A stretch of 64,000 nucleotides of DNA from Armatimonadota bacterium (GCA_963677485.1 OY781964.1:3328001-3392000), one strand, 5' to 3'; counted from the first letter of the stretch, positions 38,319-48,893 are shown. Made by a program: numbers and translations. Notes: generated by a model not told the origin, from the sequence alone.

Positions 38319-40532
38319 ATGAACAGCAGACTGGCAGATTACCGAGATCAAGCGGTCGCACGAGCAAGAATGCCGCACGAAAGCCCGAAAGAACGAAACT
38401 GGACCAGGGCGTTATTTGAACACTATGCCGACATGCCTCTGGCGGAGCGGCAGGCATGTTCGATGGCGTATGCACTTGCGAACGAACCCGTCTACGTGTT
38501 CCCGCTGGAAAGGCTGGCTGGGCAGATATATCAAGCCTGCCAAGGAGCGGATTCGCCGGAACTCAGCGGGTCCAGCGCCGACCTAAGGTGGGCCGAGTTT
38601 ACAGTATGCGACAACTACCGCGTGGCGGTGGACCATGCCTTTACGGACTCCGATCCCACCGATCGGCATTTTGGCAATATGGCGGGGCCGGGCCACGTGA
38701 CATGGGACTTCGGCAAAATGCTTCACTTGGGAGTGGAGGGGATGCTAAGTGAGATCGCCCAGCGGCATATCGATCACGAAGCAGATGCCAAAGCCGTGGA
38801 GTTCTATGACTGCGCGTCGATTGTTCTAGAGGGTTTCATGGTCTGGGTCAAGCGGCACGTGGAGACGTTGAGGGCGATGGCGGCGGATGAGTCGGATGAC
38901 CTGCGGCGGGCGGAGCTGTTGGATATGGCCGCGGTCTGCGGACGCGTTCCTGCCAAGCCCGCCAGCACATTCCGCGAAGCGGTTCAGAGCTTCTTGCTGC
39001 AGCATCTGGCGGTGATGTTTGAAAACCCATTTGGCGGTAACGGACCGGGAAGGCTAGACTGGTATTTGTGGCCATATCTCGAAGCCGATCTCGAGGCCGG
39101 TCGGATGTCTATGGATGAAGCCCGCGAGCTCGTGACGGAGCTCATGATCAAGCTGGACGAGAGGATTCACGATGCCGACGGATGGGTTGAGGCCGTCATG
39201 GTCGGCGGGAGGAACCCCGATGGCAGCATCGCCGTCAACCCGTTGTCATATATGATCGTGGAAGCGATGATTGAGCTCAAGAACACCCATCCATCGGTCT
39301 ACATGCGGGTTCCAGACGATTCGCCTAAGCCATTCCTCGATCTGGCCGCGCGCTACATGATCGAATCCGAGAACCGCGGCCAGGTGTACGGCGACGATGC
39401 CATCATCCGTGCGCTGGTGGAGGACGGTACCGAGATCGAGGACGCCAGACACTGGGCGGCCGGCGGGTGTATGGAAGTGGGCGTGCAGGGAGCGAGTGGT
39501 GATCTGCTTTTTGCTTTCGCCTTCAACGTGGCGCAGACCCTCGAATTGGTGCTTAACGGCGGGAAGCGGCTTGGCTCGGAGATCGCCATGGCCCCCATCA
39601 CGAAAACGCTTGGTGACTATGCGTCATTCGACGAGTTGTATGACGCCTTCCTGTCAGAGCTCAACCGGGAAGTGGCCATTTTGATGCGGCACCTCGATAT
39701 ATCGCTGGGGTGCTACGCGAAATACCGGCCCGCGTTCTTGTTGTCGACCATGGTCAATGATTGCCTCAGCAAGGGCCGGGCGATTAACGATGGTGGTGCA
39801 CGCTACCCACACTACGGAGGCTCCGGTGTGGGCATTCCGAACGTGGGCGACAGTCTGTATGCTATCAAGAGGGCAGTGTTTGATGATCAGAAATACACTG
39901 GTGCGGAGATGCTGGCGGCCCTCCAGGCGAACTATCAAGGCTTCTCGGAGATGCACACCTGCCTGAGGAACCTGCCCAAGTACGGGTGTGGATCGAACGA
40001 AGAGGTTGTCCGGCTGGTCGACCGCGTGCTGCTGGACTTCACTCATAACCTGAAGAATCACGTCAATCCTGAGGGTGGTCACTGCCGACCGATTATCCTG
40101 GGATTTGTGTGGGTGGTCAGTTTCGGGCTTGAGACTGGGGCGATGGCTGACGGACGGACCGCAGGAGCTCCGTTGGCTCATGGGCTTTCGCCACAGTGCG
40201 GCTCCGCCACAAATGGGATCACAGCATCAATCGGTGATGCCACCAGCCTGTCGCTGAACGAGATTGCGGGCGGCGCATCCATGATGTGGGACATCGATCA
40301 TACCTGGGCCAAGCCAAACATTGTGCGTCCGGTTCTGGAGACGTACATCAACGAGGGCGGGCACATTTTCCAGGGCAACATAATGTCTGTGGATAGGCTG
40401 ATCGAAGCGCAGAAGCATCCAGACGCCCATCGTGACCTGATGGTTCGAGTCGGCGGATATTCTGCCCGGTTCTGCACACTGTCGAAGGAGAGTCAGGACG
40501 AGATCATCAGCCGGCGCAAGTATTCGGGCTGA
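38319..40532 (+). CDS. Glycyl radical enzyme (PFL2/eliminase-like family)
   Basis: GRLDWYLWPY, GGCME active-site Cys loop (39462-39476), PKYG, ADGRTAG.PL, C-terminal LMVRVGGYS glycyl motif (40446-40463). Confidence 0.9.
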   Translation: MNSRLADYRDQAVARARMPHESPKERNWTRALFEHYADMPLAERQACSMAYALANEPVYVFPLERLAGQIYQACQGADSPELSGSSADLRWAEFTVCDNYRVAVDHAFTDSDPTDRHFGNMAGPGHVTWDFGKMLHLGVEGMLSEIAQRHIDHEADAKAVEFYDCASIVLEGFMVWVKRHVETLRAMAADESDDLRRAELLDMAAVCGRVPAKPASTFREAVQSFLLQHLAVMFENPFGGNGPGRLDWYLWPYLEADLEAGRMSMDEARELVTELMIKLDERIHDADGWVEAVMVGGRNPDGSIAVNPLSYMIVEAMIELKNTHPSVYMRVPDDSPKPFLDLAARYMIESENRGQVYGDDAIIRALVEDGTEIEDARHWAAGGCMEVGVQGASGDLLFAFAFNVAQTLELVLNGGKRLGSEIAMAPITKTLGDYASFDELYDAFLSELNREVAILMRHLDISLGCYAKYRPAFLLSTMVNDCLSKGRAINDGGARYPHYGGSGVGIPNVGDSLYAIKRAVFDDQKYTGAEMLAALQANYQGFSEMHTCLRNLPKYGCGSNEEVVRLVDRVLLDFTHNLKNHVNPEGGHCRPIILGFVWVVSFGLETGAMADGRTAGAPLAHGLSPQCGSATNGITASIGDATSLSLNEIAGGASMMWDIDHTWAKPNIVRPVLETYINEGGHIFQGNIMSVDRLIEAQKHPDAHRDLMVRVGGYSARFCTLSKESQDEIISRRKYSG

Positions 40533-40548
40533 TCGGAACCGCGCCACA

Positions 40549-40575
40549 CTAGGGGCAACCCCCCGTGGTTGCCCT
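40549..40575. repeat. REP-like hairpin
   Basis: ctaggggcaacc-cccc-gtggttgccc, same family as the GTAG REPs; lies between convergent genes. Confidence 0.65.
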
Positions 40576-40592
40576 CTTCTGCGGTACGCCCG

Positions 40593-41723
40593 CTATTTCC
40601 TGGCTTCGCGGATCACCCTCAGCAGCTCCGGCTTCCATCGTCCGTCCAGCGTGCGAAGGCCGGTCGATGAATCTACGGTATCCTGGTAGGCCCACATCCA
40701 CCAGCCAGCGAACCGGTACTGAGCGCACTTCGCCATGTGCCACTTCAGCATCTCCGAGCCGCTCTTTCCGTCGTCCTTGATGATTGTGTCACGTAACTCG
40801 CTCTGATGCCCATCGCCCTTGAGGTCGGTAGACAGAATGCGGGTCGCACTGCCTGGCCCCAGTATGTTGATGATCGCCTTGAGGTAGTTGAAGCCGTCTG
40901 ACGCAGGATCGCAATACGGGTAGGTTGACATCACCCAGTAATCGGGCGGCAATTTCAAATCATCGACGATCCATCTCTTCAGATTGGTGAATCCGCCCAG
41001 GCGATCCAGCGGCCGTTGTCTATTCCAATACTCATTGCTGGCGAAGATCGGCAGTAGAATAGGGGCCGCTATTGGGCGTCGCCCAGCAGACAGGAACACA
41101 GGCCATACAGCCTTGATAAAACGCTCCGTCCATGTAATGATAGTCGGTCGGCCGTCGTCGTTCCACAGCACCGGTTCCGCGCCACCCCATGTGTAGTTGC
41201 CCATCATACACCACATCGCGATGCTTTCCGGGTGCCTGGTATGTGCTTCTACATACTCAATCACCTGCTTATACCAGCCAGCAGCCTCATCCCAGGGGGT
41301 TTCGTCTGCTACCGGCCACCATGGCCCTTCGGGTTTACCGATGTGGTTCGCGGAGTCCACGGAGTAAGGGATCCAACGGTTATCCGCCAGATCCAGCTCC
41401 ACAGAAAGACCCGCATCATGGCAATCATCTACGAATGCCGCCACATTATTGAGGAAGCTGGTGTTGGCCCATTGGTCTACCGATTCACCCACGCGGTTAC
41501 CCACGGCTGGCCTCTTTAGGCTGTTAGGAATCAGCACAAACACGTCGACCAGGTTCATGCCGGTTTTTGCGACCAGCTCCGCTAAGGTGGTGCGAATCCT
41601 GCTGCGGTGATCGGTGTAGAAGAGCAGCCAGGGGTAGTCTTTAGTGGCGAACTGCGGGTTGAAATAGACGCCTCGGAATGAGGGTTTTATCGTCGGCTTG
41701 GCTTTCGGTATGGGCATGTTCAT
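40593..41723 (-). CDS. Hypothetical protein, clan GH-A (GH5-like) TIM-barrel
   Basis: FRGVYF, GMNLVDVFV, VDDCHDAGLSVELDL, HPESIAMW, GWWMWAY..GL...DG.WKP. Confidence 0.5.
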   Translation of the reverse strand: MNMPIPKAKPTIKPSFRGVYFNPQFATKDYPWLLFYTDHRSRIRTTLAELVAKTGMNLVDVFVLIPNSLKRPAVGNRVGESVDQWANTSFLNNVAAFVDDCHDAGLSVELDLADNRWIPYSVDSANHIGKPEGPWWPVADETPWDEAAGWYKQVIEYVEAHTRHPESIAMWCMMGNYTWGGAEPVLWNDDGRPTIITWTERFIKAVWPVFLSAGRRPIAAPILLPIFASNEYWNRQRPLDRLGGFTNLKRWIVDDLKLPPDYWVMSTYPYCDPASDGFNYLKAIINILGPGSATRILSTDLKGDGHQSELRDTIIKDDGKSGSEMLKWHMAKCAQYRFAGWWMWAYQDTVDSSTGLRTLDGRWKPELLRVIREARK

Positions 41724-41907
41724 TCACCTTCTATGTTCGTGGGAAGGCCGCTTGAGCTCCATCGTGCTGATCACATTATAACCCTCTGCGCCATGTTGCT
41801 GGTCGCAAACCCGCTTGTCGGTGCAGGTTGGGCCGGATGGTACGTGATAGAATAAATCCGATGGCAATAAGCCCCAGATTCCAAACGCGAAAGAGAGTAA
41901 CGCCCAT

Positions 41908-44319
41908 ATGACCCGACAAACGACCCAGCTATTCAAAATCGGCTTGGGGATGGCATGTGGGTTCAATCTTGCTGTCAGCCAGCCTGTGCTGGGGACTCCT
42001 TCCGCCTCGAAAACAGCCTCGTTAAAAACATATACAGTCAAAAACATAGGACTATCTCAAAGAATGACTAACAAAAATGAACCCATAGAGAAAAAAATCA
42101 CCAGCTTGATGGCGAAGATGACGTTGGAAGAGAAGATCGGCCAGCTCACCCAGTACGGCGGTGGTCTGGACAAGAACGGTGAGGAAGACATCCGCAAGGG
42201 CAAGGTGGGCTCTTTGCTTTCGCTGGCTGGGTCGGGTGCGCAAATCCGCGACCGAGTGAACCAGTTACAGCACATCGCGGTGGAGGAATCACGGCAGCAC
42301 ATCCCGTTGATTATCGGGCATGATGTGATCCACGGCTGCCGCACCACCTTCCCGATACCGCTGGGCATCGCCGCGTCGTTTGACCCACAGTGCGCGGAAT
42401 CGGCCAGCCGCATTGCCGCCACGGAGGCACGGGCCTCGGGCATCCACTGGACTTTCGCGCCGATGATCGATATCGCCCGCGACGCCCGTTGGGGGCGCAT
42501 GGCCGAAGGATGCGGCGAGGACCCTTATTTGAACTCCGTGATGGGGGCCGCAATGGTGAAGGGCTTCCAGGGCAAAGACCTGGCAGGTCAGGACGCAGTC
42601 GCGGCTTGCGCCAAACACTTCACCGCGTATGGTGCAGCTGAAGCCGGGCGTGACTACGACACCGCGGACATCTCCAAGAGCACGCTTTACAATGTCTATC
42701 TGTATCCCTATATCGCCGCTGTGGAAGCTGGGATGCAGACCGTCATGCCTTCGTTCAATGAAATTGGCGGCATTCCGATGTCCTGTCACAAAGAGTTGTT
42801 GACTGGCTGGTTGAAGAAGAAGATGGGCTTTGACGGCTACGCGGTGAGCGACGCAAACGCCGTATACGAGCTGGTGAACCACGGCGTGGCCGCTACCCGG
42901 TCCGATGCCGCCAGGTTGGCACTGAGTGCTGGTATGGACATGGATATGGGCTCGAACTGTTTCCGGGACACGCTCGCGGAGCTGGTGAAATCGGGTGATA
43001 TCAAGATGAGCCAGATCAATGAGGCGGTGCGCAGGGTTCTGCGGGTCAAGTTCCGGCTGGGGCTGTTTGACCACCCCTACACTGACCCTACGCTGCTGGC
43101 GAAGGTGGAACGCACCCCGCAGAGCATCGCGGAAGCCCGCCGCATAGCGCAGAAGTCGCTGGTGTTGCTGAAAAACCAGGATGGACTGCTGCCGCTGGCC
43201 AAAGACACGAAGTTCATCGCGGTGATCGGTGATCTAGCGGGTGATGCCGGTTCCATGCTGGGCACATGGGCAGCTTTGGGCCGAAGCTCCGATGCCGTGA
43301 GCATACTGGACGGTGTCAAGAAGGCCGTCTCGGTCGACACGGTAGTGACCTACACCCAGGGATGCTCACTGCCTGGCCGGTATTTCGATGCTCCCAGAAA
43401 CGCTACCGCAGACAACACCGATGGCATTGCGAAGGCGGTAGAAGCCGCGCAAAAGGCTGATGTTGCCATCGTTGTGCTGGGCGAACACGCCGGCATGAAC
43501 GGCGAGGCCTCCAGCCGCAGCGAGATCGAACTGCCTGGCTTGCAGCAGCAGTTGGTTGAGGCGGTGTGTGCGGTGGGGAAACCTGTGGTTGTGGTTCTGG
43601 TGAACGGCAGGGCGTTGGCGATTCCCTGGATTGCGGAGCATGTTCCCGCCGTCCTGGACTCCTGGCACGCCGGTGACGAGGCGGGATCTGCTGTGGCTGA
43701 TGTGTTGTTTGGTGACTACAACCCGGCTGGGCGTCTGCCAGTGACCTTCCCCAAATCGACCGGCTTCTGCCCCATGTATTACAACCGGAAGAACGCTGGT
43801 CGGCCAGTGGGATCGCACCCGGTGTTTTCCGTGGGTTACATGGACACCGAGTATGCTCCTGTCTACCCGTATGGGTATGGACTGAGCTACACCAGCTTTG
43901 AGTATGGGAAGCTGAGTGTCGACCCGAAGACGGCTGACCTGAGTGCGGATATCCACGTGGCCGTTGATGTGAAGAACACAGGCTCTCGGGCCGGTGAAGA
44001 GGTAGTGCAACTCTACCTGCAGGACGTGGTCTCGCTGCCCACCCGTCCAGTGAAGGAGCTGAAGCGGTTTGAGCGTATCATGCTTCAGCCCGGCCAAACG
44101 AAGCGGGTGAAGTTCACGCTCAGCTCACGCGACATCGCCTACTTCGACGACTACGGCGATGCGGTCATCCAGCCTGGTCTGTTCAAGGTGTGGGTTGGCG
44201 GAGACTCCGTCAGCGGACTGCAAGGCGAGTTCACGCTGGCAAACGGTGCGGGGAATGCGAAAACGGAAACCGAGGATGGTAAACACAACACCGGCTATGT
44301 GGGTGGCGTGGAGAAGTAG
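41908..44319 (+). CDS. bglX: GH3 beta-glucosidase (BglX-like); alternative start at 42064
   Basis: MTLEEKIGQL, DVIHG, FAPMIDIARDARWGR..EG.GEDP, CAKHF, VSDA nucleophile, SLVLLKN, NPAGRLPVTFP, GYGLSYTSF, GEEVVQLY. Confidence 0.92.
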   Translation: MTRQTTQLFKIGLGMACGFNLAVSQPVLGTPSASKTASLKTYTVKNIGLSQRMTNKNEPIEKKITSLMAKMTLEEKIGQLTQYGGGLDKNGEEDIRKGKVGSLLSLAGSGAQIRDRVNQLQHIAVEESRQHIPLIIGHDVIHGCRTTFPIPLGIAASFDPQCAESASRIAATEARASGIHWTFAPMIDIARDARWGRMAEGCGEDPYLNSVMGAAMVKGFQGKDLAGQDAVAACAKHFTAYGAAEAGRDYDTADISKSTLYNVYLYPYIAAVEAGMQTVMPSFNEIGGIPMSCHKELLTGWLKKKMGFDGYAVSDANAVYELVNHGVAATRSDAARLALSAGMDMDMGSNCFRDTLAELVKSGDIKMSQINEAVRRVLRVKFRLGLFDHPYTDPTLLAKVERTPQSIAEARRIAQKSLVLLKNQDGLLPLAKDTKFIAVIGDLAGDAGSMLGTWAALGRSSDAVSILDGVKKAVSVDTVVTYTQGCSLPGRYFDAPRNATADNTDGIAKAVEAAQKADVAIVVLGEHAGMNGEASSRSEIELPGLQQQLVEAVCAVGKPVVVVLVNGRALAIPWIAEHVPAVLDSWHAGDEAGSAVADVLFGDYNPAGRLPVTFPKSTGFCPMYYNRKNAGRPVGSHPVFSVGYMDTEYAPVYPYGYGLSYTSFEYGKLSVDPKTADLSADIHVAVDVKNTGSRAGEEVVQLYLQDVVSLPTRPVKELKRFERIMLQPGQTKRVKFTLSSRDIAYFDDYGDAVIQPGLFKVWVGGDSVSGLQGEFTLANGAGNAKTETEDGKHNTGYVGGVEK

Positions 44320-44375
44320 GGACAGCCCAGTTGATTACCTCAAAATGCGAAATGGGGGATGCATAATCGACCATA

Positions 44376-44812
44376 CCACGCGCTAAAGCACAGTCTATTA
44401 CCCACAAATAGGTAGCACACGATGGTTATAATCCGGACACCCACGGAGTGGGTATGATTCCTTATAGCCAGGGGTGAGCGAAGCGATACCCCTGGTTGAC
44501 GGTGGAGAGTTCCTACCCCGAAGTGGGTCGAACCGTATCAGTGAAGGCTAAAGTTCGAGAGGCCTGATCCGACCCACGTTCGTGGGTAGATATATCGGGC
44601 CCTCTTCCACGGGTTACGCTTCGCTTACCCGTGGCTATAATGAATCTTAACCACTACGTGGGTGGCCGGACTATGCGTAGCCAGTAGGTCACCTATTCCG
44701 AGACATTTATGTCGCGGCACATAGTCGATACGATCCCAATCTGGATTTGTGGGTAATAGACTGAAATTATGTCGCGGTATCGGTGCCTGGTCGTAGGGGC
44801 ACCCCTACGACC
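44376..44812. repeat. Nested palindromic repeat complex
   Basis: Outer 19-bp perfect IR cagtctattacccacaaat (44391)/atttgtgggtaatagactg (44745); inner ~240 bp imperfect palindrome 44432-44670; terminal ggtcgtaggggcacccctacgacc. Confidence 0.8.
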
Positions 44813-44840
44813 GTATCGGTTACAACGCAGGCTGCATGGG

Positions 44841-45524
44841 CTACTTACTTTTTAGCTTCGCGCCTTTGTGCTCATCCAGCACGATCTTCTTGCTGGGTGC
44901 GTTAAGCGTAGATAGCCAGGGATCCATCGCTTTCAATATAGCGACCACGCCGCTGCGCTCCATATGTGGAGTCTTCGGCCCGCCGCTGAACACGGTGGCA
45001 CCCATCGTGACCAGCAGGGAAGCGGCTGTTTCCCAGCTCTTCTCAATCTTGGTGCTGTCGGCCTTCACGCCTTGCGCGTTTATCACGATCTCTTGCTTGT
45101 CGGTGTCAATCACCAGCATGTCCACCGTGGCGTAGGCTTTGGTCTTGGGTCCCAGAGCGACCCACTTAGAGGTGATATCCCACTTCAGTTTGGCAGCCAT
45201 CACATATTTCGCATTAAGTTTTCGTCCGACCATCAGCATCTCTGCCGGTGTGGGTAGGGTGTCATATATCGCTTTACCCGTTTCGGATGTGTATACCGAC
45301 TTAGCGTTGGCTGGTGACATCGCCTCTATGCCCGCCTTTTCGAGGTCGGCGTTGATGGCGGCCATCACTTTGCCTTTAGCTGTGTCGTTATCGCAGGTGT
45401 CATTCTTCTCAAGGAAGATGACGGGCATGATGGCGCACTTAGGAAGTGATGGTTCCTTTGACCAGGCTGACGGGCTGATGGCGGCCAGTATCAGGCCGGC
45501 CGCGAGAATTTTGCTTACGTTCAT
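44841..45524 (-). CDS. Secreted hypothetical protein (CsgG/LpoB-like alpha-beta fold possible)
   Basis: Signal peptide AWS|K, CAIMPV, VGRKLNAKYVMAAKL, VDMLVIDTDKQEIV pattern; SD aggag. Confidence 0.55.
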   Translation of the reverse strand: MNVSKILAAGLILAAISPSAWSKEPSLPKCAIMPVIFLEKNDTCDNDTAKGKVMAAINADLEKAGIEAMSPANAKSVYTSETGKAIYDTLPTPAEMLMVGRKLNAKYVMAAKLKWDITSKWVALGPKTKAYATVDMLVIDTDKQEIVINAQGVKADSTKIEKSWETAASLLVTMGATVFSGGPKTPHMERSGVVAILKAMDPWLSTLNAPSKKIVLDEHKGAKLKSK

Positions 45525-45693
45525 GAGATGCTCCTATACCAATTGATATTGCGTCTATACACATTATACGACTTTGATGAGCGACGTTTTGTAACCCCAT
45601 ATGTCAATGGGAACCCACACTCTGTACAATAATCTCAGTAGAAGTAATAATCCTGATGGCCTGCTTACCATCGAGCATATTGAGGTGTCTGTC

Positions 45694-47358
45694 ATGAAAC
45701 CTGTCTCATTTTCGCATATTAAGATTTCTGGCGATATATTAAGCCGCGCGCTGTGCAGTTTTGACCGGATGGAGCGTGAGGAATATCAACCCCCTCAAGT
45801 GTTCCATACCGACCCTGACGGCCTCAGCTATGAGTGGCCCGCTGACTGGGAGGGCCGTACCATCCTGGCACTGGTACTGTTGACTCAGGCAACCGGACGC
45901 TCACCTGTCTATCTAGATGCAATCATGTCCGAGCTGCCCAAATACTTCAACAAAGCCGGATACATGGGGAAGGTGCTGGAGGACGGCATCATCGATGAGC
46001 AGCAGCTTTCGGGTAACTCCTGGCTGCTAAGAGCCTTGTGTGAGCTCTACCTCTGGCGAAAAGAACCATCGGTCTTGCTGACGATAGAGGGGATGGTACG
46101 CGGCCTCTATCTGCCTGCCCGAAGCGGATACACCACATACCCCACCAAGCCTGAGCAGCGCAAATATGATGGGGAGGCGATCGGTAGTCTGGCGGCTGAT
46201 GTTGAGGGCAACTGGATATCCTCCTCGGACATCGGCTGTGCCTTCATCGCACTGGATGGCGTGACACAGGCCTATGGCATTCTGCGTTGGCCGGAGCTGA
46301 AAGAGCTGATCGATGTGATGGTCGCGAAGTATCTTGAGGTAGACTTCATGGGTATCTCAGCGCAGACCCATGCCACGCTGAGCGGTCTGCGTGGGGTGAT
46401 GCGTATGGCCGAATATACCCAGAACGAGGAGTATCTGGCTCAAGCGGTGCGAATATACAAACTGTATATGGACTACGGCGTGACCGAGAACTACGAGAAC
46501 TACAACTGGTTCGGTCGGCCTCATTGGACGGAGCCGTGCGCGGTGGTCGATTCCTATATACTGGCCATCTGGTTGTGGCAGGCCACGGGCGAGCCCGAAT
46601 ATCTGGCGGATGCGCACCGTATATACTACAGCGGATTGGGTTACGGCCAGAGGCCTAACGGCGGGTTTGGCACCAATACCTGCGCAGGGGCCGACACCCA
46701 AATTCTTGCGCCGAAGGAGGCCACCTACGAGGCCTTCTGGTGCTGCACCATGCGCGGTGGTGAGGGGATGAGTAAAGCGACCGAGTATACGCTCTTCCAG
46801 GACGAGCACAGCCTGTGGGTCACCATGCTAAACAGCATCCAGGCGGATGTTGACTTCTCTGACGGCACTATGAAGCTGGAGATAGAGACCGACTACCCCT
46901 CAGAATCTCACTGGCGGATGCGAGTGCTATCAAACAACACCTCCAACAGCCATACCCTGAAAGTCTACATGCCATACTGGGTGCTGACACCGAAGGTTAA
47001 GCTGGATGGTGAGTTCATATCAACACCAGTCGATCGAGGGTTTGTGTCGGTCGTAATCCCTGCCGGAAGCTGCCTGGCAGTGGAGATCACATGGGAGAAC
47101 TATCTGCGTGAGGAATCGCCGCGGAACACCCTTCATGACAGCAACTTGCGCAGCCTGTGGCACGGTCCGTTAATGCTGGGGGTGCAGGGCGTGCAGGGTC
47201 CGATGGGGTTGCCGGCATCCACTAAGCTTCAATACGAGGGGAATGGGCATTATCGATGGGCTGGTGTCGATGTACCGCTCAAGCCCGTCCGCGACCTGAT
47301 CTCAATGGAAAACACCAAGGCGATTCATGACAGTCGGCTGGTGTTGTTTAAGGCATAA
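45694..47358 (+). CDS. GH127/GH146-like beta-L-arabinofuranosidase
   Basis: AQTHA, WTEPCAVV, EAFWCCTMRG (Zn-binding Cys pair), ETDYP, WHGPLML. Confidence 0.75.
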   Translation: MKPVSFSHIKISGDILSRALCSFDRMEREEYQPPQVFHTDPDGLSYEWPADWEGRTILALVLLTQATGRSPVYLDAIMSELPKYFNKAGYMGKVLEDGIIDEQQLSGNSWLLRALCELYLWRKEPSVLLTIEGMVRGLYLPARSGYTTYPTKPEQRKYDGEAIGSLAADVEGNWISSSDIGCAFIALDGVTQAYGILRWPELKELIDVMVAKYLEVDFMGISAQTHATLSGLRGVMRMAEYTQNEEYLAQAVRIYKLYMDYGVTENYENYNWFGRPHWTEPCAVVDSYILAIWLWQATGEPEYLADAHRIYYSGLGYGQRPNGGFGTNTCAGADTQILAPKEATYEAFWCCTMRGGEGMSKATEYTLFQDEHSLWVTMLNSIQADVDFSDGTMKLEIETDYPSESHWRMRVLSNNTSNSHTLKVYMPYWVLTPKVKLDGEFISTPVDRGFVSVVIPAGSCLAVEITWENYLREESPRNTLHDSNLRSLWHGPLMLGVQGVQGPMGLPASTKLQYEGNGHYRWAGVDVPLKPVRDLISMENTKAIHDSRLVLFKA

Positions 47359-47598
47359 CCCTTGGTTAAGCTGCGTCGAGGCCGCTGACAGTGATGTTTG
47401 CGGCCTTAATATCCCAATCATTTCAAAAACACCCTTAACAAACTACTAATTCCATGCTATGATTATAATACTGGCCCCGATGCTACCTGTAAATATTACT
47501 GTAACCAAGTCTGTCGCTGATGTATCTAACAATATATCGAGCTCATTATATCGAAGTAATAACCCTCGCAATTGAAGCGATGATAAGGAGGAGACGAA

Positions 47599-48621
47599 AT
47601 GGCAAACAAAGCCAAAGATCCCCGAGCCGCGGAGACATCGTCCTTAGATCAAGATGCGCAAAATGTCAGTCTGGATGTAACGAATGGTGATGATAACGAC
47701 GACGATTTGGCTGCAGTTGCCGATTTAGGCGAAGATATTGACATCGAAAACCTGGCGACGACGACCGATAAAGATTTGGATGAAATCGCTCGCGAAACCC
47801 ATGGAAAAGACGAAGAGCTCTCCATGTGGATGCATCAAGCCCGGCGCAGCAAGCTGCTTAACTTTGAAGAGGAAGTGGAGCTATCTAAGCGTGTGGAAGC
47901 CGGTGACGAAGATGCCAAGACACGCTTAATTGAAAGCAATCTGCGTTTAGTGGTCTCCATCGCACGCCGTTACGCTTCACGGGGCATCACCCTGCCTGAC
48001 CTAATACAAGAGGGTAACCTTGGACTTATCCGCGCCGTTGAGAAATTCGACTGGAAACGCGGTTTCCGTTTCAGCACCTACGCCACCTGGTGGATTCGCC
48101 GTGCGATTGCACGCGCCATCATCAACCAGGGGCGGACCATCCGAATCCCTGTTTATGTGGCTGAAATCATCCAAAAAGTGGTCAAAACCAGCAACCAGTT
48201 GCGCCAGGACTTGAACCGCGACCCCACCACCGAAGAGGTGGCCACAGCCATGGAGATGGCCCCAGAGCGCGTCCATGAGGTGATGAGGGTCAGCACGGAA
48301 CCCGTCTCACTGGAAACCCCGGTGGGCGAGAAGGATAACTCCAGCTTGGCGGACTTCATGGAAGACGACACCGTCATGCTTCCCACCGACATCGTGAACA
48401 CCATGATCCAGCGGGATCAGATCAACGCTATGCTGGTCAAACTGGCCAAGCGAGAACAGCAGGTGGTTCGGTTGAGGTTCGGGCTCGAAGACGGGCAGTC
48501 CCACACTTTGGAAGAGGTGGGGGTCATCCTTGGCGTCACACGGGAGCGCGTGCGTCAGGTGGAGCTTCGGGCACTGAAGAAACTGCGGCTGATCGGCGCC
48601 ACCCAGGGCCGGTTTGGGTAG
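47599..48621 (+). CDS. RpoD-like (group 1/2) sigma-70 factor
   Basis: [64 protein letters not shown]...[11 protein letters not shown]; SD aaggagg. Confidence 0.93.
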   Translation: MANKAKDPRAAETSSLDQDAQNVSLDVTNGDDNDDDLAAVADLGEDIDIENLATTTDKDLDEIARETHGKDEELSMWMHQARRSKLLNFEEEVELSKRVEAGDEDAKTRLIESNLRLVVSIARRYASRGITLPDLIQEGNLGLIRAVEKFDWKRGFRFSTYATWWIRRAIARAIINQGRTIRIPVYVAEIIQKVVKTSNQLRQDLNRDPTTEEVATAMEMAPERVHEVMRVSTEPVSLETPVGEKDNSSLADFMEDDTVMLPTDIVNTMIQRDQINAMLVKLAKREQQVVRLRFGLEDGQSHTLEEVGVILGVTRERVRQVELRALKKLRLIGATQGRFG

Positions 48622-48635
48622 GCCGGTGAATGGAT

Positions 48636-48830
48636 GGGGCACGAAAACAGTGCCCCTACAAACGCCCCACACATACCTAATCTGTGTAATCTGCGTAATC
48701 TGTGGATGATCCTCTCCCCTTCGCGCCCTCGCGCGCGATAAACCTGGTATACGACCGGTATGATGAGTATGACGAGGAGGACGGATTTTCTCCTGTTCTC
48801 CTGCTCTCCTTAACTCCGATCTCCTCCCCC
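48636..48830. repeat. Cluster of four intergenic repeat types
   Basis: REP ggggcac-gaaaaca-gtgcccctac; taatctgtg-taatctgcg-taatctgtg; ttcgcgccctcgcg; reverse-complement of the purine-tract plus CGTCCTACT module. Confidence 0.75.
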
Positions 48831-48893
48831 CACGCAGGATTTCAACACCCCCATACCGAAACTATATCCATAATCACAACTTGAGGTGGCTAC

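Noticed and set aside
41724-42047. 107-aa minus-strand ORF abutting the GH-A-like gene
   Set aside because: Overlaps the divergent promoter region and the possible bglX start; no motif
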